DNA from: Candidatus Thorarchaeota archaeon
GTDB lineage: Archaea; Asgardarchaeota; Thorarchaeia; Thorarchaeales; Thorarchaeaceae
Length of the DNA: 64,000 bases
Assembly: GCA_048884965.1 (NCBI GenBank)
Contig: JBHLQH010000003.1
Location: 35,304-99,303 of the forward strand
Direction of reading: 5' to 3'
The position numbers and the translations under genes were made by a program. The notes beneath the pieces are model-generated. The model saw only the letters and a list, made by a program, of their open reading frames with translations. It was not told where the DNA came from and made no database searches. This document shows positions 58,952-64,000 of the stretch, one piece after another; positions within the stretch are counted from its first letter, which is position 1, and each line of letters opens with the position of its first letter.

Positions 58952-59105
58952 TGAGGGGTTCTCCAAATCCCTTGGGGTATCTGCGTCTTTTCGTGAAGTA
59001 TCCCGATAAAAGAGTTGTTGCTGAGGATGTAACAACGTTAAGAATCTTGGACACTCTTACTCTACAAACTACTCCATTGTGCTGCCGCTTTTTGTGATCC
59101 CAATG

Positions 59106-59840
59106 TTAGAATCCAATATCTAGTATCAGCATTGGTAAGAAAAATGTCACCACGAATACAATCCCCACCGCAACATGGAATTTCAAGCTGCCACGATTAA
59201 TATCCGGAGCAAACAGTCCTGCCTTTAGCTCAGCAGTAAGATCCGAATTTACCTTGGCAAATTCTTCCTTAAACTTCTCATTGGTTAAAATAACCTTTTC
59301 ACCCTCTGTGATTCTCACATAAGCTGCGAATGGCTTGTCATCAATAATCCATTGGACTTCTTTTGAGAGTTTGTCGAATTCTCCTCTGAACCCATAAATC
59401 AGCAATAGAAGGGTGAAGAAATTGAATGCTACTAGAGTCCAGTATGTGATTAATTCAGGAATCCACATAGGCCGCTCCAAGACATTCAGATAATGAATGA
59501 AGCTTACAGCTACCAATGAAAGTAGTCCCAGAACAACAGTAAGCACTCTGAATTGATCGTACTTCTTTTGCTTTATCTTGAAATGATTTTTCGCCTTAAT
59601 CGAGCAAGAATCACATACTTTGTAGTTACCTCGAAGGTATATTGTGATGACTTCCTCATGTTCTCCATACTTTCTCTGGTATTTCTTGGTGGATACGCTT
59701 GAATCATATGATCTGAATCCAACCTCAGAGCTTTCTAGATTACTACCACAACCAACACAGTATGAAGGTATTTCACAATCAACTTTTTTATCAGAATGCT
59801 TGACTATTCTAGGCCCCGCAGGTACACGAACACTTGCCAT
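59106..59840 (-). CDS. Zn-ribbon + three-TM hypothetical protein (AT-rich)
   Basis: CVGC...CDSC and three hydrophobic helices; AGGAG RBS. Confidence 0.7.
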   Translation of the reverse strand: MASVRVPAGPRIVKHSDKKVDCEIPSYCVGCGSNLESSEVGFRSYDSSVSTKKYQRKYGEHEEVITIYLRGNYKVCDSCSIKAKNHFKIKQKKYDQFRVLTVVLGLLSLVAVSFIHYLNVLERPMWIPELITYWTLVAFNFFTLLLLIYGFRGEFDKLSKEVQWIIDDKPFAAYVRITEGEKVILTNEKFKEEFAKVNSDLTAELKAGLFAPDINRGSLKFHVAVGIVFVVTFFLPMLILDIGF

Positions 59841-59928
59841 TAACCCACATCTCCTATAGTAAAAGTGGATGCAAAGTTAGCTCGAGCATCTATTAAGGCT
59901 TTGCTCATCCCACTAGAAAAGAAAGTCA

Positions 59929-59945
59929 CTAGTGATTATCACTAG
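59929..59945. promoter_or_regulatory. Perfect 8-1-8 palindrome
   Basis: CTAGTGAT-T-ATCACTAG in a divergent intergenic region. Confidence 0.4.
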
Positions 59946-60127
59946 AGATGGCCTGTAATTTGCTTCTTTATCGTTTCGTCAATCTTCTTATTCAATATGG
60001 TAGCTATTCCTACTCAACTAGAGTATTCTCCATTCATAAAATAAATGGTTATGAAGATCTCCTTTTTAGAATTTAGGGATTTTAAACCCTTATTTCTTCT
60101 TTTTAAGTCTTATAAAACCGTCTTAAT

Positions 60128-60189
60128 AAGTTGCATGAATTTAGTTAACTTTATATGCATTCAATGAGTTGCATAGAATTGGTTAACTC
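60128..60189. promoter_or_regulatory. Two 24-bp operator-like repeats before an HTH gene
   Basis: AAGTTGCATGAATTTAGTTAACTT (60128-60151) and GAGTTGCATAGAATTGGTTAACTC (60166-60189). Confidence 0.6.
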
Positions 60190-60190
60190 A

Positions 60191-60670
60191 ATGCGATCCA
60201 AAAAATCACTTAGATATCCAACAATTGAGCAAGGCAAGGTATGGGAGAAACGGAGAGAAGGTTCTCAACCATCCGATATCGCTGATGAGATGGGGGTTTC
60301 CAGACCCTATGTAAGTCAAGCACAGCGAATCGCTGAAGAACGAATTGAGGACCTCATGAAGCATACTGCCAAAGTTCTGCATACAGAGATTCAACACATC
60401 AGCACTCAATATGGGATCGCAGTTGGGTATTGCCATGCTTTTGATACGATGGTCTTCATCACATATTCCTCGGCCAAGGGAATTCAGACTTGGTACAATC
60501 ACAAAGGGGATTGCGGGAGGTGTGATAAGCATGAAGAGTGCGAGAAGATCATTGATACTCTATCAGAGGAGTGGGGAGTTTCACTTGCAGATTCGGGTAC
60601 TCCATCTGAGAAAGGAAGCAGGTTGTTTAATCGAATCATGGAGATTTTAGGATGGGACATAGAAGTATAG
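60191..60670 (+). CDS. HTH regulator with a C-terminal H-x3-CxxC-x5-C metal site
   Basis: PSDIADEMGVSRPYVSQ; HKGDCGRCDKHEEC. Confidence 0.8.
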   Translation: MRSKKSLRYPTIEQGKVWEKRREGSQPSDIADEMGVSRPYVSQAQRIAEERIEDLMKHTAKVLHTEIQHISTQYGIAVGYCHAFDTMVFITYSSAKGIQTWYNHKGDCGRCDKHEECEKIIDTLSEEWGVSLADSGTPSEKGSRLFNRIMEILGWDIEV

Positions 60671-61173
60671 ATGATAATCTGGAAATGGACTCTAGCAATG
60701 TCTGTAGACTGATGCCTACTTATCCAATGAACACACCCAGTAGAAGGACATGGATGACCTCTCGAAATCTTGGATGGCTCTTTACGATTCTTGGATTGAG
60801 CGTGTTCCTTCTTCTCTTGTTACCTGGATTGATGATTCTGGCATTGGATTCAAGGGATCAAATTAGACAGAAACTCCAATTCTCTAACAAGCAGAAGGCA
60901 GGCATCATTGTTGCCTTTCTATTCGTAGGTCTATTTGCGTGGAGTCCGTGGCTGTCAATTGATGTTGCAGAGGATGCAGTGGTTGAGAGCTTGGGTGGAC
61001 CCGATGCAATGTATAACTATCTTGGTGAGAATCGCTCATTACGGGACATTCCAATGAACTCCATCAAGGTACCTTTCGGAGTCCTTGTGTATTTCCCCTT
61101 CGAAGCTGTATATATTGTCCCCTTCTGGGGTATTGTTATTGATCCGCCTGACGTATTCTATGAGAGTGACTAG
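60652..61173 (+). CDS. Hypothetical membrane protein (true start probably downstream)
   Basis: One or two TM segments; the N-terminal extension looks non-coding. Confidence 0.5.
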   Translation: MGHRSIDDNLEMDSSNVCRLMPTYPMNTPSRRTWMTSRNLGWLFTILGLSVFLLLLLPGLMILALDSRDQIRQKLQFSNKQKAGIIVAFLFVGLFAWSPWLSIDVAEDAVVESLGGPDAMYNYLGENRSLRDIPMNSIKVPFGVLVYFPFEAVYIVPFWGIVIDPPDVFYESD

Positions 61174-61188
61174 GTCCTTCAGGAGTTC

Positions 61189-62325
61189 CTAAAGCGATTT
61201 GACCTCTCGAATCTTGGACAGGATCTCATGTGGTAACTGAGGCATACCTGCTGGTTTCGTCATAAGATGAATCGGAGTAGGCGCTGCAGCGGATCGAACC
61301 ATGTGATAGACCTGTCCGAGATTCTGCTCTGCTACAATGATATGCTTGACCTCTGTACCTAGATTTGCGACAGCTTCCTCTGGGAATGGCCAGACAGTCT
61401 TCAGACGTAGCATTCCGACCTTGATACCCTCTGCACGAGCATCCTTGATAGCCTTACGAGCGCTTCTAGATGGCGTCCCATAGGCTATGACAGCTATGTC
61501 TGCATCATCAAGCATGAATCGCTCCAAGTCAATGATATCATCAGAGTTCTTGAGAATCTTATCATTCAATCGTGTGATCAGTTCGATTTGGACATGCTCT
61601 TTGTCACTTGGATATCCTCGTTCATCATGTGTCAGGCCTGTTGCATAGAATTGATATTTCGAACCAAGAAGTGCCATTGGTGGCACGAGGTCAGCATCCG
61701 CTTTGAAAGGCAAGTAGTCCTCAGGCGGACCTGATGGCTGTTTTCTGTATACCAAGTTCAAATCCTTCTCATCAGGAATGACAAGACGCTCTCTCATGTG
61801 ACCCACGGTTTCGTCTGCGAGAATAAATACAGGTGTTCTGTACTTCTCAGATAGATTGAATGCTTGAACAGTCTGATCGAACATCTCTTGAACTGAAGCT
61901 GGTGTCAATGCGATGATTTGATAGTCTCCGTGACTTCCCCACTTTGCTTGCATCACGTCTCCTTGCTGTCCCTTGGTAGGTTGTCCTGTGCTTGGACCAC
62001 CACGCATGATGTTGACAAGAACTAATGGGGTTTCGGTCATGACCGCAAGACCGACGGCTTCTAGCATGAGGCTTACACCCGGACCTGAGGTCGCGGTCAT
62101 CGCCTTCACACCTGTCCAAGAAGCACCTATTACGCTCGTAATTGATGCAATCTCGTCCTCATATTGGACATATGCGCCACCGAGTTCTGGCATCCTGAGG
62201 GCCATCCATTCTGCTATCTCTGTTGCAGGAGTAATGGGATAACCTCCGAAATATTTGCATCCTGCGCTGAGTGCCCCTTCAGCACAGGCTATGTCACCCA
62301 TTGTGAACATTACTCGTTCTGGCAT
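61189..62325 (-). CDS. korA: 2-oxoacid:ferredoxin oxidoreductase alpha subunit
   Basis: GYPITPATEI, EDEI, ATSGPG, RGGPSTG. Confidence 0.93.
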   Translation of the reverse strand: MPERVMFTMGDIACAEGALSAGCKYFGGYPITPATEIAEWMALRMPELGGAYVQYEDEIASITSVIGASWTGVKAMTATSGPGVSLMLEAVGLAVMTETPLVLVNIMRGGPSTGQPTKGQQGDVMQAKWGSHGDYQIIALTPASVQEMFDQTVQAFNLSEKYRTPVFILADETVGHMRERLVIPDEKDLNLVYRKQPSGPPEDYLPFKADADLVPPMALLGSKYQFYATGLTHDERGYPSDKEHVQIELITRLNDKILKNSDDIIDLERFMLDDADIAVIAYGTPSRSARKAIKDARAEGIKVGMLRLKTVWPFPEEAVANLGTEVKHIIVAEQNLGQVYHMVRSAAAPTPIHLMTKPAGMPQLPHEILSKIREVKSL

Positions 62326-62681
62326 TATTTTGCACCCTCCTCTGGCTCACGTCCATCTCCCATGTACTCAGGAATGAGAGTGCCTTCTTGCATTGCTCCT
62401 TTCTTATAGGCATCCTCTGCCTCCTCTCTCTCTGTAAGAAAGATTGCCATGTCAGGACAAATCATCTCACAGAAACCACAGTTAACGCAGGCTTCCAGAT
62501 CACAAGCCGTGACGGGATGATACCCTTTCTTGTTGTATTTTGTTTCATCTGCACATAGGACTTTCTTTGGACAGAATTCTATGCACAGCTCACACTGCTT
62601 GCATTGCTCTTGTAATATGACAAGGACTTTTTGCCTTGTTCGAGGGGGTTTTGGAGTTATGGGCTTTCGCGCTGTCGACAT
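62325..62681 (-). CDS. korD: 2-oxoacid:ferredoxin oxidoreductase delta subunit (2x[4Fe-4S])
   Basis: CKQCELCIEFCP, CVNCGFCEMICPDMAI. Confidence 0.88.
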   Translation of the reverse strand: MSTARKPITPKPPRTRQKVLVILQEQCKQCELCIEFCPKKVLCADETKYNKKGYHPVTACDLEACVNCGFCEMICPDMAIFLTEREEAEDAYKKGAMQEGTLIPEYMGDGREPEEGAK

Positions 62682-62900
62682 TGCTGTGCTTCTCCGCCTA
62701 TGTCATTTCGGAGCATATTGCCAGACATATTCGGCTGGCTGACACTGCGCTTGAAGCTCACCTATTTTAGGCTTGCCGTGCAGGATACAATCTCCTTTTG
62801 CAGGTCTGAACGGGTACTATTGAATTGCCGATAGGGAAGAGACATAGTTAAAGGCAATTCAGTACATGCATCAACTACAAAGTGTTGGAGGAGTAGGTGA

Positions 62901-63365
62901 TTGCCTAAAGAGGAACCGTCAGAAGAAGATCTGGCAAGAGACCTCAAAGGCAAGACATTACGGGTCTATTGGTATATGCTTCGACATCCAGTACCTATGA
63001 CTGCTAGAGAAATCCAACGAGGCGCTGAGTTGTCCAGTCCTTCTTTATCCATGCACCATCTTGAGAAACTTAAGGAGATGGGGTTAGTCGATAAAGACGT
63101 GCATGGTCAATACACTGTAAAACGAGATGTTCGAGTAGGAGTACTCAAGCTATTTGTTGGTAAAGGTAGGATTATGGTCCCGCGCTTCTTGTTCTATGCC
63201 ACGTTCTATACATCAGTAACAGCTGCTTTGGCAACAATGCTATTTCGTTTCTTTGAATGGTATTCATTGATTCTTCTTGCGATTTTGATATCTCTGTGTT
63301 GTGTTCTATGGTACGAAGCACTCAGAATTTGGAGGGAACAACCATTTCCGGAGAGAGACGAATGA
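62901..63365 (+). CDS. wHTH regulator with two C-terminal TM helices
   Basis: LKGKTLRVYWYML..AREIQRG..LSSPSL..HHLEKL; hydrophobic C-terminus. Confidence 0.82.
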   Translation: MPKEEPSEEDLARDLKGKTLRVYWYMLRHPVPMTAREIQRGAELSSPSLSMHHLEKLKEMGLVDKDVHGQYTVKRDVRVGVLKLFVGKGRIMVPRFLFYATFYTSVTAALATMLFRFFEWYSLILLAILISLCCVLWYEALRIWREQPFPERDE

Positions 63366-63439
63366 GTTCTAAAAATAGAACTATGTACGATATTTGTACA
63401 GATAGAATGATGTTCAGAAAGGAAGTTACGCATGTACTA

Positions 63440-64000
63440 ATGGAAGGCTTTCGTAGCTTAGTGAGGATAAGGAAAAGACACACACTCTTATCATTCGGAC
63501 TTCTCATCCTGTTTATCCTACCTTTCTCTAGCACTGTCTTTTGTCAACCCGCGACATTCTCTTCCAACAAGACCACCAATTTCTCTTCTGCTGCAGAGCC
63601 TCCTATATTGACACTTACATATCACACCAAGGTAAACACGACACCAGCACCACTTGTATCTGGGGCTCGCATATCTGGAGACCACATCTTCATAACTGGT
63701 ACGTGGCTGCCTAAGGAAAACGTCAATGGGACGAAAATCGTGGTGAATGCACCTGCAATTCCTCGGTCAATCGAATCTGTAAGCACGAATAACAGCGTCG
63801 AGATTGACACCAAGGCTTTAGGTAATAATGCAACATGTATCGTGAATGCTACGACTTGGCTTTTGAACGGAACCGCAATTTCGCAAATCTTCACGAATAT
63901 CTTTCTTGGCAATTTCTTTGTTCCAAATGTAAAGGTCCTCTCTCCAAATGGAGGTGAGATTTGGACAAGCACTCACAATATCACTTGGCTCGCATCTGAC
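63440..64000 (+). CDS. 5' part of a secreted/surface glycoprotein, truncated by the window edge
   Basis: Frame open to the end; signal peptide, many N-x-S/T sequons, VKVLSPNGGEIW...NITW. Confidence 0.75.
   Translation, partial: MEGFRSLVRIRKRHTLLSFGLLILFILPFSSTVFCQPATFSSNKTTNFSSAAEPPILTLTYHTKVNTTPAPLVSGARISGDHIFITGTWLPKENVNGTKIVVNAPAIPRSIESVSTNNSVEIDTKALGNNATCIVNATTWLLNGTAISQIFTNIFLGNFFVPNVKVLSPNGGEIWTSTHNITWLASD

Noticed and set aside
58952-59035. N-terminal extension of korB from TTG 59035
   Set aside because: Not conserved-looking; ATG at 58951 with an upstream GGAG fits better
770-63972. Many 60-170 aa ORFs antisense or out of frame to confident genes (e.g. 4318-4833, 34735-35229, 39849-40331, 63622-63972)
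   Set aside because: Shadow ORFs within well-supported genes, with no motifs or RBS
1-64000. CRISPR array, rRNA, transposase, integrase or prophage
   Set aside because: No regularly spaced repeats or recognisable motifs seen by eye

Overview
A 64-kb chromosomal window with about 68 genes and no rRNA, tRNA, CRISPR array, integrase or transposase that I can recognise. The source is very probably an Asgard archaeon, most likely Thorarchaeia. This is inferred from archaeal TATA/BRE-like promoters, GGAGG/GAGGTG ribosome-binding sites, Lrp/AsnC regulators, a Rab-like GTPase, several longin-like domains, and TPR, LRR and NosD-type proteins. Housekeeping and metabolic genes include ahcY, msrA, a short bacterial-type alaS, a PiT/DUF47 phosphate pair, an acyl-CoA dehydrogenase, two acyl-CoA ligases, a 2-hydroxyacyl-CoA dehydratase/benzoyl-CoA reductase-family trio and a four-subunit 2-oxoacid:ferredoxin oxidoreductase operon split by a 2.2-kb insert. 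The main highlights are: (1) a candidate longin-based small-GTPase signalling network, made of a longin + NPRL2(GATOR1)-like protein next to a Rab-like GTPase with altered G3/G5 motifs, a 7TM-longin fusion, a TPR-longin fusion and a stand-alone longin; (2) a diverged, inactivated 213-bp copy of the ahcY 3' end that resembles an integration relic; (3) a candidate ~80-nt structured ncRNA with its own promoter; (4) two circularly permuted family-5 solute-binding proteins; (5) a C2HC zinc-finger + Regnase/NYN nuclease. All family calls come from reading motifs by eye; no database search was run.
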